A stretch of DNA of 64,000 nucleotides from Parcubacteria group bacterium M10-OD1-1 (lineage in GTDB: Bacteria; Patescibacteriota; Minisyncoccia; Moranbacterales; UBA2206), in assembly GCA_003056145.1 (NCBI GenBank), contig LSNL01000001.1:9351-73350 (forward strand), given 5' to 3'. Of the stretch, positions 1 to 9,915 are shown piece by piece. Positions within the stretch are counted from its first letter, which is position 1, and every line of letters starts with the position of its first letter. The translations under genes and the position numbers were made by a program. The notes below the pieces were generated by a model that made no database searches, was not told the DNA's origin, and saw nothing but the letters and a program-made list of their open reading frames with translations.

Positions 1-140
1 TGATTGCTAAAAAAGGAATTCAACAAATCAGAAAATGCAAAGAAAAAATGAGATTAAATATGCAAGAAAATCTTTCAAGGCTAAGTATTTCACAACAAAA
101 GAATTTCATAAAAATTTTAACCAAATTAATTAAACCCTAA
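1..140 (+). CDS. 3' end of a truncated upstream gene (hypothetical; possibly a small regulator preceding the efflux genes)
   Basis: An open frame reads ...IAKKGIQQIRKCKEKMRLNMQENLSRLSISQQKNFIKILTKLIKP and ends at a TAA at 138-140. The 5' end lies outside the window. Confidence 0.25.
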   Translation, partial: IAKKGIQQIRKCKEKMRLNMQENLSRLSISQQKNFIKILTKLIKP

Positions 141-154
141 TTTCAAATAAAATA

Positions 155-1030
155 ATGAGTAAAAAAATTATTACCCTAATATCACTCTCCTTAATCATTT
201 TTGGATTAGGAATTATTAGCTTTATTAAATTCAATTCAGCTGATTTATTAAAAAACACTGTTAAGGTTACCAATAATAAAAATACATCTAAAAAAATAAG
301 CTTTGATGGAGTTGTTACAGCAGAAAAGTCTGCAAATCTTGGCTTTCAAATGAGTGGAAAATTAGTTTCTCTCCTTTATAAAGTCGGAGACCAAGTAAAA
401 AAAGGAACTGTTTTAGCTAAGATTGACAAACAAAGTGCTTCTGCTGAATATAATCAAGCAATTACTGGAGAAAATATGGCCAAATTAAGAGTAAACCAAC
501 TCAAACAATCCCTAAAATCAGAAAAGTTAGAATTAAAAAAACTTAGACACGCCGGAAATAGAGATAAAGAAATTCAAAAAGCCAAAGTTAATGAGGTTCG
601 TTCCAGTATTAGTGAGCAAGAAGAAGTAATTAAACACGCTCAGTCCAATGTTAGATTGGCTAAAATTAATTTAAATAAAACTAATATCATCGCTCCTTTT
701 ACTGGGACTATAACAAAACAAGCCGTAGAAATTGGAGAAACTGTGACTGCTAATGTATCCATTATTAGTTTGGAAACTATCAATAACTTGAAGCTAGAAG
801 GCTATGTCTCCCAAGCTCAACTTGGAAAAATAAAAATTGGTAATCAAGCTCAAGTAGTTTTCGGTGCATCTGGAAATAATACTCCTGTCAATGCACATAT
901 AGTTATGATTGATCCATCTGAAACAATTATAAATAACGCTCCCGCTTACAAAATAACGCTAGCTTTTGAAAACCAGCCAGAAAATATAAAACCCGGGATT
1001 AGTGCTAATATTAATATCTTAAAAAATTAA
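155..1030 (+). CDS. HlyD-family membrane fusion protein (efflux periplasmic adaptor)
   Basis: It has an N-terminal TM helix, a biotin-lipoyl-like segment (GVVTAEKSANLGFQMSGKLVSLLYKVGDQVKKGTVLAKID), a long coiled coil, and a beta-barrel-like C-terminus. Confidence 0.6.
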   Translation: MSKKIITLISLSLIIFGLGIISFIKFNSADLLKNTVKVTNNKNTSKKISFDGVVTAEKSANLGFQMSGKLVSLLYKVGDQVKKGTVLAKIDKQSASAEYNQAITGENMAKLRVNQLKQSLKSEKLELKKLRHAGNRDKEIQKAKVNEVRSSISEQEEVIKHAQSNVRLAKINLNKTNIIAPFTGTITKQAVEIGETVTANVSIISLETINNLKLEGYVSQAQLGKIKIGNQAQVVFGASGNNTPVNAHIVMIDPSETIINNAPAYKITLAFENQPENIKPGISANINILKN

Positions 1031-1052
1031 TTATTTAATTGGAAACAAACTT

Positions 1053-1703
1053 ATGGAAACTGATAAAATAAATTCTAATAAAAATGAAATCAGCAAAAAA
1101 AAAGGTATTTTAACTTTATCAATAATATTTATAATCGTTGGAGGATTGGTTGGGTATTTTTATTGGAAAATTAATAGTACCAGAATTTACATTGAAGACG
1201 CTCAGATTTTGGCACCGAAGATTGCACTTTCTTCTGCAAACGGAGGTGTTTTACGAGAACTATTTGTAAAAGTTGGAGACACTGTTTCTGCCAATACTAA
1301 AGTTGCCCAAGTTGGTTATAATATAATTACCACAAAAGTGCCTGGAATTATTATTAATGTCAAAAATAATATTGGAGAAAATTTTTCTCCAGGACAAGCA
1401 GTAGCAACTATGATAAATACGTCTGATTTACAAGTTGTAGCTAGCATTCAAGAAAATAAAGGTTTAAATAAGATACGAATTGGAGATAAAGCCTATTTTA
1501 CAGTTGATGCTTTTGGATCACAAAGATTCCCTGCTATTGTTGATGAAATAAGTCCAACTTCTAAGACCGCTGACGTAGTTTTTAATATTTCTGACAAAAG
1601 GCAGGAAAATTATTTTAATGTAAAATTAAATTTTGATGAAAATAAATATCCACAGTTTAGAAACGGGATGTCAGCTAAAGCCTGGGTGTATAAGACTAAA
1701 TAA
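1053..1703 (+). CDS. Second HlyD-family/biotin-lipoyl-like efflux adaptor paralog
   Basis: It has an N-terminal TM helix and a lipoyl-like hairpin (ILAPKIALSSANGGVLRELFVKVGDTVSANTKVAQV). It sits immediately upstream of an MFS pump. Confidence 0.5.
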   Translation: METDKINSNKNEISKKKGILTLSIIFIIVGGLVGYFYWKINSTRIYIEDAQILAPKIALSSANGGVLRELFVKVGDTVSANTKVAQVGYNIITTKVPGIIINVKNNIGENFSPGQAVATMINTSDLQVVASIQENKGLNKIRIGDKAYFTVDAFGSQRFPAIVDEISPTSKTADVVFNISDKRQENYFNVKLNFDENKYPQFRNGMSAKAWVYKTK

Positions 1704-1705
1704 AT

Positions 1706-3184
1706 ATGAGAGCAAACAGAAAAGAAAAAAAGAATTTCAAATGGTTCATCCTTTTGACTGTTATTGTGGGAACTTTTTTAGGCAGGCTTGACCAAACGAT
1801 TGTTAATTTAGCTTTACCAAAAATAATTGATGATTTTAGTATTTCAATTAATTCTGCTGGTTGGATTATTACTGCCTACATTTTAGCTAACGCAATTTTT
1901 GTACCAATTTGGGGAAAACTTGGGGACCTTAAAGGACAAAAGAAAGTCTATATTATTGGTTTTTCGCTTTTTATCTTTGGATCTGCCCTTTCTGGATTTG
2001 CTTGGAATTTAGGTTCTATGATTGTATTTCGTATTATTCAGGCAATCGCCAGTAGTGCTGATTATCCAACCGCGATGGCAATCTTAGCTTTAAATTTTAA
2101 GGCTGGACGAGAAAGAGCTCAGGCATTGGGAATTTGGTCATCTTCTTTTGCAGCAGCATCAGTTATCGGACCACTTCTTGGAGGACCACTAATTGATAAT
2201 TTTGGTTGGCGCAGTATTTTTTTAGTTAATATTCCAGTAGGAATTATAGGCATCTTAATGGCTATGGCTTTTATTAAAGAAAGTGATATTCAAAGAGAAA
2301 AGGGAGCTTTTGATTGGTGGGGTGCAATAACCTTAGGAATTTCACTTAGTACTCTTGTTTTAGTCTTAGACAAAGGTATGGATTGGGGCTGGATTTCAAT
2401 TTCGGCTCTATTTTCTTATTTAACTTCTATTATATTTTTTTATTTGTTCGTCAAAATTGAAAATAAACATCAGAACGCAATTATTAATTTAAATTTTTTT
2501 AAAAACAAAGTTTTTGTTACAGTTTTAGCAAACAGTGGAGTTGTATTTATGGGTATGATGGGTGCTATTTTCTTGGTTCCAATCTTTGCTCAAATGTTTT
2601 TGGGATATAACGCAACTCAAACTGGCTATCTTTTTATCCCAATGGCGTTTTTACTTGTAATTTCAGCTTCCATCGGTGGACGATTTAATGACAAACTCCC
2701 TGTCCGTCCAGTTCTAATTATTAGCACTTTCGTAGCAGGGCTAGGATTCTATTTATTCTCTTTTTTAGATCCGCGTTCTGGAGCTTGGGCAATTATGATT
2801 CCCATGAGTATTTTAGCAATTGGAATAGGATTTGGAATGCCACTGAGAACAAACATTATCGCTTCTTCTGTTGAGCCCAATGAAGTTGGTTCCGCTTCTG
2901 CAGTAATGGCCTTAGTTCGAAATATCGCTGGAGCCTTTGGAGTAGCCCTCTTTGGGACTCTTTTACAAAATTTTCAAGAATCCAATGTTTTGAAGATTGC
3001 CCAACACTCAACAATTCATATTCACAGTATGCAAATTTTTAAGCAAGCTATCGGACTGATAATCCTAAAAGCAGATATAAGATCATATGATCAGGTTTTC
3101 TTTTGGGCCGCCATGTTGACAATGATTGGATCATTCACCGCCTATTGGATAAAAATTAAAAATAAAAACCAAAAAAAAATTTAA
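1706..3184 (+). CDS. MFS transporter, DHA2 (EmrB/QacA-like, 14 TMS) drug:H+ antiporter
   Basis: The N-terminal motif GRLDQTIVNLALP and about 14 hydrophobic segments support the call. It follows two MFP genes in an EmrA/EmrB-like arrangement. Confidence 0.8.
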   Translation: MRANRKEKKNFKWFILLTVIVGTFLGRLDQTIVNLALPKIIDDFSISINSAGWIITAYILANAIFVPIWGKLGDLKGQKKVYIIGFSLFIFGSALSGFAWNLGSMIVFRIIQAIASSADYPTAMAILALNFKAGRERAQALGIWSSSFAAASVIGPLLGGPLIDNFGWRSIFLVNIPVGIIGILMAMAFIKESDIQREKGAFDWWGAITLGISLSTLVLVLDKGMDWGWISISALFSYLTSIIFFYLFVKIENKHQNAIINLNFFKNKVFVTVLANSGVVFMGMMGAIFLVPIFAQMFLGYNATQTGYLFIPMAFLLVISASIGGRFNDKLPVRPVLIISTFVAGLGFYLFSFLDPRSGAWAIMIPMSILAIGIGFGMPLRTNIIASSVEPNEVGSASAVMALVRNIAGAFGVALFGTLLQNFQESNVLKIAQHSTIHIHSMQIFKQAIGLIILKADIRSYDQVFFWAAMLTMIGSFTAYWIKIKNKNQKKI

Positions 3185-3258
3185 GCTTGTCTTTAAAAAA
3201 GGACTACTTTTCTTAACTATATATTTAATAAATCCGATTTCAAATAATTTTCTCCCGC

Positions 3259-3287
3259 TTGCTAAATTTTTCTAGTAAGTCTATAAT
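3259..3287 (+). promoter_or_regulatory. sigma-70-like promoter: TTGCTA, 17-nt spacer, TATAAT
   Basis: The element ttgcta-aatttttctagtaagtc-tataat lies about 35 nt upstream of the ATG at 3321. Confidence 0.4.
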
Positions 3288-3320
3288 AACCTATCACTTT
3301 TATATTTAATAAAATTTAAG

Positions 3321-4580
3321 ATGAAAAATAATTTTGAAAAATTTGATATCGCAGTCATCGGTGGTGGACCAACTGGAATGATGTCTGCTATTCAAGCTAG
3401 TGCTAAAGGAGCTAGAGTTATTTTAATTGAAAAAAATAAATATCTCGGCGTGAAACTTTTAATGACTGGCAAAGGACGTTGTAATATTACTAATAACTCT
3501 TCTATTGAGGATATTATTGAAACAATTGGAAAGTCTGGACGCTTTCTCTTCTCAGCTCTTTATCAATTTGGTCCAACGGATATTATAAATTTTTTTGAGA
3601 AAGAAAATGTGCCTTTAAAAACAGAAAGAGGAAAAAGAGTTTTTCCTCAAAGTAATCAAGCTAGAGATATTTTAAAAATCCTTCTGCAAACTTTGAAAAA
3701 TAATAAAGTTACTGTTCGCACTAACTCGCAAGTCGTCAAAATAACCCAGGAAAACAATTTGATTTCTAAACTTGTTTTAGCTAATAAAAAAATTATTTCC
3801 GCTGATAAATTTATAGTTTGCACTGGCGGAAAATCTTATCCCTTGACTGGTTCTACAGGAGAAGGCTATAAATGGTTAAAGAAACTTGGGCATACTATTG
3901 TTCCTCTATTTCCAGCTCTGACGCCTATTATTATCCAAGAAAAAATTCCAAAACAGTTAGAAGGATTAAGTTTAAAAAATGTAACTATTAGTTTTTGGAA
4001 AGATAATAAAAAAATTATTTCTCAATTTGGTGAAGCTATTTTTACCTCCGAAGGAATGAGCGGTCCAATTATCATTGAAGCAAGTAAGCTCCTTGGCTCT
4101 TTTTTGTCGGCTAACCTTCAATTATCTATTGATTTCAAACCTGGATTAAATTATGAACAGCTAGATAAGAGATTGCAAAAAGATTTTCAAAAATTTAATA
4201 ATAAGCTTTTTAAAAACAGTTTGGAAGAACTTCTACCTAAAAAACTTATTCCTATTATAATTAAATTATCCAAAATAAATCCTCAAAAAAAAGTTAACCT
4301 AATTACCAAAGAAGAAAGAAAAAAATTAAATCATCTACTAAAAAAATTCACCCTTACTATTAAAAATATCGCTGGTTTTGAAAAAGCAATAATCACTAGT
4401 GGTGGAGTAAGTTTAAAAGAAGTTAATCCTCAGACTATGCAATCAAAAATTTTCCCTAATTTATTTTTAGCTGGAGAAATACTTGATTTAGATGGACCTA
4501 CTGGTGGTTATAATTTACAAATATGTTGGAGTACTGGTTATGTAGCCGGTCAAAACGCTAGTTTTAATCTTGCAAAATAA
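3321..4580 (+). CDS. NAD(P)/FAD-dependent oxidoreductase, HI0933/YhiN (BaiN-like) family flavoprotein
   Basis: An N-terminal FAD Rossmann motif (DIAVIGGGPTGMMSAIQAS) and family-typical length and segments (TGKGRCNITN, CTGGKSYP, SGGVSLKEV) support the call. Confidence 0.75.
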   Translation: MKNNFEKFDIAVIGGGPTGMMSAIQASAKGARVILIEKNKYLGVKLLMTGKGRCNITNNSSIEDIIETIGKSGRFLFSALYQFGPTDIINFFEKENVPLKTERGKRVFPQSNQARDILKILLQTLKNNKVTVRTNSQVVKITQENNLISKLVLANKKIISADKFIVCTGGKSYPLTGSTGEGYKWLKKLGHTIVPLFPALTPIIIQEKIPKQLEGLSLKNVTISFWKDNKKIISQFGEAIFTSEGMSGPIIIEASKLLGSFLSANLQLSIDFKPGLNYEQLDKRLQKDFQKFNNKLFKNSLEELLPKKLIPIIIKLSKINPQKKVNLITKEERKKLNHLLKKFTLTIKNIAGFEKAIITSGGVSLKEVNPQTMQSKIFPNLFLAGEILDLDGPTGGYNLQICWSTGYVAGQNASFNLAK

Positions 4581-4633
4581 ATTCTACCCGAGTATATTAA
4601 AAATAGCGTCCTAATTATCTTGAGAGAAGAAAC

Positions 4634-5761
4634 TTGATGAATTCACCTTCAAAAAATTTTACTCTAATTAAAAATCTCTTTGATTTAGCAGATATTCAAA
4701 TCAATGGTAATCACCCATGGGATATTCAAGTCAAAAACGAGAATTTATATTCCCGTCTTTTAAAAAATCCTTCCCTAAATTTAGGTGAATCTTACATGGC
4801 TGGTTGGTGGGATGTTCAACAACTAGATAAATTTTTTAGCAAACTTCTTAAAGCCAATCTAGATCAGAAAATTAGAAAAAGCCCTCAATTGCTTTGGCAG
4901 TTAGGATTGAACATCATTTTTAATTATCAAAATAAAAGACACGCTTTTGAGGTTGGGGAAAAACATTACGATTTAGGTAATAATCTTTACTCAGCAATGT
5001 TAGATTCTCGTAAAGTTTATACCTGTGGTTATTGGAAAAAAGCAACCAATCTAGAAGAAGCTCAAGAAGCTAAGCTAGATTTAGTTTGTCAAAAATTAAA
5101 TTTAAAACCAGGGCAAAAAATCCTTGATATCGGTTGTGGTTGGGGAAGTTTTGCTAAATTTGCTGCAGAGCGATATGGAGTAGAAGTAGTAGGTATTACA
5201 GTTTCTAAAGAGCAAGCTAAACTAGCGCAAGAACTTTGTCTTGGCTTACCAGTAAAAATTTTATTAAAAGATTATCGGGATTTAAACGAAAAATTTGATC
5301 ATATTGTTTCGCTTGGTATGTTTGAGCATGTTGGACCAAAAAATTATCGTAATTTTATGCAAATTGTTAGGCGCTCACTTAAAGACAATGGGCTCTTTCT
5401 TCTACACACTATTGGTCATGACTATTCCACTACCTCTCTTGATCCTTGGATTGAAAAATATATTTTTCCTAACGGTATGCTACCTTCACTAAAACAAATC
5501 GCCACCGCTACAGAAAAATTATTTATCATTGAAGATTGGCATACTTTTGGAGCTGATTATGATAAGACTTTAATGGCTTGGTTTAAAAATTTTGATCAAA
5601 ACTGGGGAAAAATTAAGGCTCAATATGGTGAAAGATTTTACCGAATGTGGAAATATTATCTTCTATCTTGTGCTGGATCTTTTCGCTCTAGAAATAATAA
5701 TTTATGGCAAATTGTTTTATCTAAAGAAGGTGTCCCAGGTGGATATAAATCAATAAGATAA
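4634..5761 (+). CDS. cfa: Cyclopropane-fatty-acyl-phospholipid synthase (SAM-dependent methyltransferase)
   Basis: The SAM motif ILDIGCGWGSFAKFAAERYGVEVVGITVS and CFA-synthase-like N- and C-terminal regions (HYDLGNNLY, MFEHVG) support the call. Confidence 0.8.
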   Translation: MMNSPSKNFTLIKNLFDLADIQINGNHPWDIQVKNENLYSRLLKNPSLNLGESYMAGWWDVQQLDKFFSKLLKANLDQKIRKSPQLLWQLGLNIIFNYQNKRHAFEVGEKHYDLGNNLYSAMLDSRKVYTCGYWKKATNLEEAQEAKLDLVCQKLNLKPGQKILDIGCGWGSFAKFAAERYGVEVVGITVSKEQAKLAQELCLGLPVKILLKDYRDLNEKFDHIVSLGMFEHVGPKNYRNFMQIVRRSLKDNGLFLLHTIGHDYSTTSLDPWIEKYIFPNGMLPSLKQIATATEKLFIIEDWHTFGADYDKTLMAWFKNFDQNWGKIKAQYGERFYRMWKYYLLSCAGSFRSRNNNLWQIVLSKEGVPGGYKSIR

Positions 5762-5870
5762 AATCATTGTCCATCTATTCTAATACTATCTATTTTAAAA
5801 TATAAAAGGGAAAGTTTATTCCAGATTCTCTGATTCAGATAAATCAATCTAACACATCTACCAATAGTCC

Positions 5871-7274
5871 TTAATAATCTTTTAATTTAATAATCGTTTC
5901 GTGTTCTCTAATTTTTTCTAAGGCTTTAGCTTCAATTTGACGAATTCTTTCTCTAGTTACACCAAACTCTTGACCCACTTCTTCCAAGGTGTGTGTTACT
6001 CCATCGTCAAGACCAAATCTAATTTTTAAAATTTTCTGTTCTCTTGGTGTAAGATCATTAAGTATTTCTATAATATGTTCTTTCAACATTTTACGAGAGG
6101 CTGTTTGATTAGGCATTACCGTTTCTGTATCTTCAATAAAATCTCCTAAAACGCTATCATCATCAGAATCACCAACAGAAGTTTCTAAAGAAACTGTCTC
6201 CTGAGAAATCTTCATAATATGTCTAATTTTATCTACCTCTAATCCCATTTCTACTGCTACCTCCTCTGGCAGAGGCTCTCTACCTAAATCCTGAACCAAC
6301 CTTCTAGTTATTTGGATATATTTATTGATTGTTTCTACCATATGAACTGGAATCCGGATAGTCCTGGATTGATCTGCTAAGGCTCTAGTTACTGCTTGTC
6401 TAATCCACCAAGTAGCGTAAGTTGAAAACTTATAACCTTTTTTATAATCAAATTTCTCCACTGCTCTAAATAACCCAATATTTCCTTCTTGAATTAAGTC
6501 TAAAAGAGAAAGATTGTGTGAACGACCAACATATTTTTTCGCAATACTAACCACTAAGCGGAGATTAGCTTCGGTTAACCTTTGCTTGGCCATTGAATCA
6601 CCTTTTTCAATTCTTTTAGCTAAGGCCACTTCTTCTTCAGTTTTTAATAGATTTACTCTTCCGATTTCCCGAAGATACATTTGAACTAAATCAGCTGAAG
6701 CATCTTCAGGAGCTACAAATTGTTGTAAAATATTCTTCTTTCTCTTTTTCTTACTATTTTTTTCTTTTTCTAAATTTTCAGAAATTTTATCAGTTTCCAT
6801 TTTCAACATTTCATCCGAACTAATCACTTTAATATTTTCTTGCTCTAATCGCTCATAAAGCTCTTCTAATTTTTCAATTTCTATTTCTGCATTAGGAATA
6901 ATATGCATTATTTCATCTTCGGTGATAAAACCTCTTTGCTTTCCCCGGTAAATAAAATCCTCTACATTATCGTGTTGTTTTTGATCTTTTTTAGTTTTTT
7001 TTGCTCGCTGAGATAAAGGAGCTTTTTTCTTTCTGCCTTTTTTAACTACTTTTTTAACTATTCTTTCTGATTTCTTTTTGTTCTTTTTGTTTTTTTTGTT
7101 ATTAGCTACTTTTTTAATAGTAGTCTTCTTTTTAACTACTTTTTTAACCATTTTTTTAGGTTTTTTATTTTTTTTAGAAATTACTTTTTTAATCACTTTT
7201 TTCTTAGTAGTCGCTTTCTGAGATGTTCGTCGAAGTGTTTTTTTAGTCTTGATTACCTTTTTTATTTTGACCAT
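5871..7274 (-). CDS. rpoD: RNA polymerase sigma-70 (RpoD) with ~105-aa lysine-rich N-terminal extension
   Basis: Regions 1.2 to 4 are conserved ([70 protein letters not shown]). The N-terminus is KKV/KKK repeats. Confidence 0.9.
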   Translation of the reverse strand: MVKIKKVIKTKKTLRRTSQKATTKKKVIKKVISKKNKKPKKMVKKVVKKKTTIKKVANNKKNKKNKKKSERIVKKVVKKGRKKKAPLSQRAKKTKKDQKQHDNVEDFIYRGKQRGFITEDEIMHIIPNAEIEIEKLEELYERLEQENIKVISSDEMLKMETDKISENLEKEKNSKKKRKKNILQQFVAPEDASADLVQMYLREIGRVNLLKTEEEVALAKRIEKGDSMAKQRLTEANLRLVVSIAKKYVGRSHNLSLLDLIQEGNIGLFRAVEKFDYKKGYKFSTYATWWIRQAVTRALADQSRTIRIPVHMVETINKYIQITRRLVQDLGREPLPEEVAVEMGLEVDKIRHIMKISQETVSLETSVGDSDDDSVLGDFIEDTETVMPNQTASRKMLKEHIIEILNDLTPREQKILKIRFGLDDGVTHTLEEVGQEFGVTRERIRQIEAKALEKIREHETIIKLKDY

Positions 7275-7422
7275 AATAATTTAATAACAAGTGACGCAAT
7301 CAGTTTAACAAAAACTTCTTGCGCCTAATATTTTATTTAAGTAATAATTTTTATAATTACAATTTATTCTCACAAAACCGCAAACATCCCGCTCTTAACG
7401 CGGGAAAGAAAAAATATTTATT

Positions 7423-9240
7423 CTATTTCGTTATTTCTATCAATTCTTTAGAAATTTTATCAAATTCTTGTCGTAAAAACAATACTACTGATTTATCCCC
7501 TTTTTCTTCAGCTACTTTTAAATCAGTTGTTATCTGAATTAATTCTTTTTTCTTGTCTTCTTTTTGAATTTCTTTCAAACAGTTTTCAAAATCTTCTAAG
7601 GGGTTATCAATTTCAATTTCTTCTAACTTATTATCTAGCCCTAGTTGAAACTTTTTTTTGAAAAAAAGTTTTTCAATCCTAGTTCTTAAAGTTTGGTCGT
7701 CTCCTAATTGATTGATTAGTTTTTCAAAACTAAATTCAACTTCCTGACCTTTTTCCAACATTAAATTTAGAAGACTATCTTTAGGTAGAGAAATATTTCT
7801 TAAATCTTTCTCTGCCTTCTTCCAAACCTCTTTGGAAATAAGCATTAGCCCAATAAGCTCTTTCTTTAACACTTCTGCTTTAGGAAGTAATTCTGTTTCT
7901 TCCTCCTGATCAATAGGAGCTTCTTTTTTTTCTATTCTACTCTTAAGATTAGCCTTTTTCAGCATATCCGTCAATGCCACCTCTTTAACTTGAATTTCTT
8001 CACTTAATTTTTTAATCCAATCACTTTGCTCAATCGGATTTTCGATTTCCTTGACCATATCCAAAATTTCTTCAACTATCTTTTTTTTATCTTCTATTTT
8101 ATTTTTATCAAATTTTTGAAAAATATTTTTGAAAAAATAATCTCTCACTGATAATGAATTTTTAACCGCCTCCATTAAAGCTACTGGATTATCTTTAGCT
8201 AGCTCAGCCGCATCTTTTCCTTGAGGCAAACTAACGATTTTAATATTCATCTCTTTAGCAAAACATAATTTAACACTTTTTTTAGTCGCTATTTCTCCCG
8301 CTTTATCCATATCAAAAAATATTTTAATATTTTTGGTATATCTTCCAATAATGTTAATTTGATCTTCTGTCAAAGCTGTTCCAGAAACTGCTACGGTATT
8401 TTTTATTCCTACTTGATAAGAAGCAATGACATCCATATTCCCTTCTACTAATAAGACAAAATCTTTTTGTTTGATTTCGTTTTTAGCTTTATCTAACCCA
8501 TAAAGAACTTGGCTTTTATGATAAACTTTAGTTTCTGGAGTATTAACATATTTTGCTTGTGATTCATCTCCTCCTGGTGCCACTCTAGCGCTATAACCTA
8601 AAATCTTCCCCGAATAATCAGAGATTGGAAACACTATTCGTTCTCTAAACCGATCATAAAAATTATCACCAGCTCCTCCTGAGGCATAACTATTTTTTTC
8701 TACCAACAACCCCGTTAAGACTATTTCTTGAATTGTATAACCTCTTTTTAATAAAAAATTTAAAATATTATTCCAACCTTCTGGGGCATAACCTAAACGA
8801 AAATCTTTAATAGTTTCTTCTGTTAAACCACGCTCAATTAGATATGATAAAATAGTTTTTCTTCCCGAACCTTTCCATAGTTGCACCTCATAAAATCGAG
8901 TTGCTAATTCTAAAATTTCTAAAGTTTTATCAGCTTTCTTATTTTGTTGAGAATTAAAAGATTTAAGTTGAACACCAGCCTTATCCGCTAAAAGCTTAAG
9001 AGCTTCTCTAAATTCTATCCCTTCCATCTCCATTACAAAGCCAAAAATATCTCCACCTTTTCCGCAACCAAAACAATGCCAGATTTGTTTCTCCTCACTC
9101 ACCATAAAAGATGGCGATTTTTCATTATGAAAAGGACAGGTAGTTCTAAAGCTAGTTCCCGCCTTTTTTAATTGAATATAGTCACTTAAAACATCTACTA
9201 TATTCAACTTTGATTTTATATCCTCAACATCAGAATTCAT
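7423..9240 (-). CDS. dnaG: DNA primase DnaG
   Basis: It has a zinc-binding domain (CPFHNEKSPSFMV...CFGCGKGGD) and a TOPRIM segment (LLVEGNMDV). It lies upstream of rpoD, the classical operon order. Confidence 0.9.
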   Translation of the reverse strand: MNSDVEDIKSKLNIVDVLSDYIQLKKAGTSFRTTCPFHNEKSPSFMVSEEKQIWHCFGCGKGGDIFGFVMEMEGIEFREALKLLADKAGVQLKSFNSQQNKKADKTLEILELATRFYEVQLWKGSGRKTILSYLIERGLTEETIKDFRLGYAPEGWNNILNFLLKRGYTIQEIVLTGLLVEKNSYASGGAGDNFYDRFRERIVFPISDYSGKILGYSARVAPGGDESQAKYVNTPETKVYHKSQVLYGLDKAKNEIKQKDFVLLVEGNMDVIASYQVGIKNTVAVSGTALTEDQINIIGRYTKNIKIFFDMDKAGEIATKKSVKLCFAKEMNIKIVSLPQGKDAAELAKDNPVALMEAVKNSLSVRDYFFKNIFQKFDKNKIEDKKKIVEEILDMVKEIENPIEQSDWIKKLSEEIQVKEVALTDMLKKANLKSRIEKKEAPIDQEEETELLPKAEVLKKELIGLMLISKEVWKKAEKDLRNISLPKDSLLNLMLEKGQEVEFSFEKLINQLGDDQTLRTRIEKLFFKKKFQLGLDNKLEEIEIDNPLEDFENCLKEIQKEDKKKELIQITTDLKVAEEKGDKSVVLFLRQEFDKISKELIEITK

Positions 9241-9339
9241 AATTTAATCGTACTATATTCCAATAAAATAAGCAAAATACTTTACATTCTTCTTTTAATT
9301 ATTTATAATTATTGGATAAATTATTTTTAGGGAAAATTT

Positions 9340-9915
9340 ATGCTCACTAAAATAATAAAACAAATTAAAGCTAATAAAATTGTTTTTATGCCAAGCGACA
9401 CAATCTACGGTCTTTTTGGTTGTGCCCTTAGTTCCAGGACTGTTGAAGAAATATATTCTCTGAAATCCAGAGATCCTAGAAAGCCACTGATTATTATGTT
9501 AAGTTCAATTGATGACCTTCTTCTTTTTGAAGTTAATCTTAATCAAAAAGAGCGAGAAATTCTAGAAAGAATTTGGCCAGAGAAAGTGAGTGTTGTTTTG
9601 CCAGTTCCTAGCGAAAAATTTTTCTATCTTCATCGAGGAAAAAATACGCTAGCTTTCCGTCTGCCTAAAAATGAAGAGCTTCTTTCAATCCTAGAAAATA
9701 CTGGACCACTTGTCTCCACTAGTGCTAATCTAGAAGGAAAGTCTTATGCAAAAACCGTAGCTGAAGCAAAAAAATATTTTGGAAATAAAATCAATCTATA
9801 TATTAACAAAGGAGCTATTAATAGCCCGCCCTCTACTCTTATAAAGATAAATAACGGGGAAATTGAAATTCTGAGAAAAGGAGAGTTTATTATTAATCAG
9901 ACTATTCTTTCTTAA
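9340..9915 (+). CDS. tsaC: L-threonylcarbamoyladenylate synthase, YrdC/TsaC family
   Basis: The YrdC fold signature (FMPSDTIYGLFG ... STSANLEG) and ~190-aa single-domain length support the call. Confidence 0.7.
   Translation: MLTKIIKQIKANKIVFMPSDTIYGLFGCALSSRTVEEIYSLKSRDPRKPLIIMLSSIDDLLLFEVNLNQKEREILERIWPEKVSVVLPVPSEKFFYLHRGKNTLAFRLPKNEELLSILENTGPLVSTSANLEGKSYAKTVAEAKKYFGNKINLYINKGAINSPPSTLIKINNGEIEILRKGEFIINQTILS

Noticed and set aside
7319-7537. A 72-aa ORF in the dnaG/rpoD spacer
   Set aside because: It overlaps the dnaG 3' end and an AT-rich spacer containing a small hairpin (CCCGC-TCTTAAC-GCGGG). It shows no coding signal.
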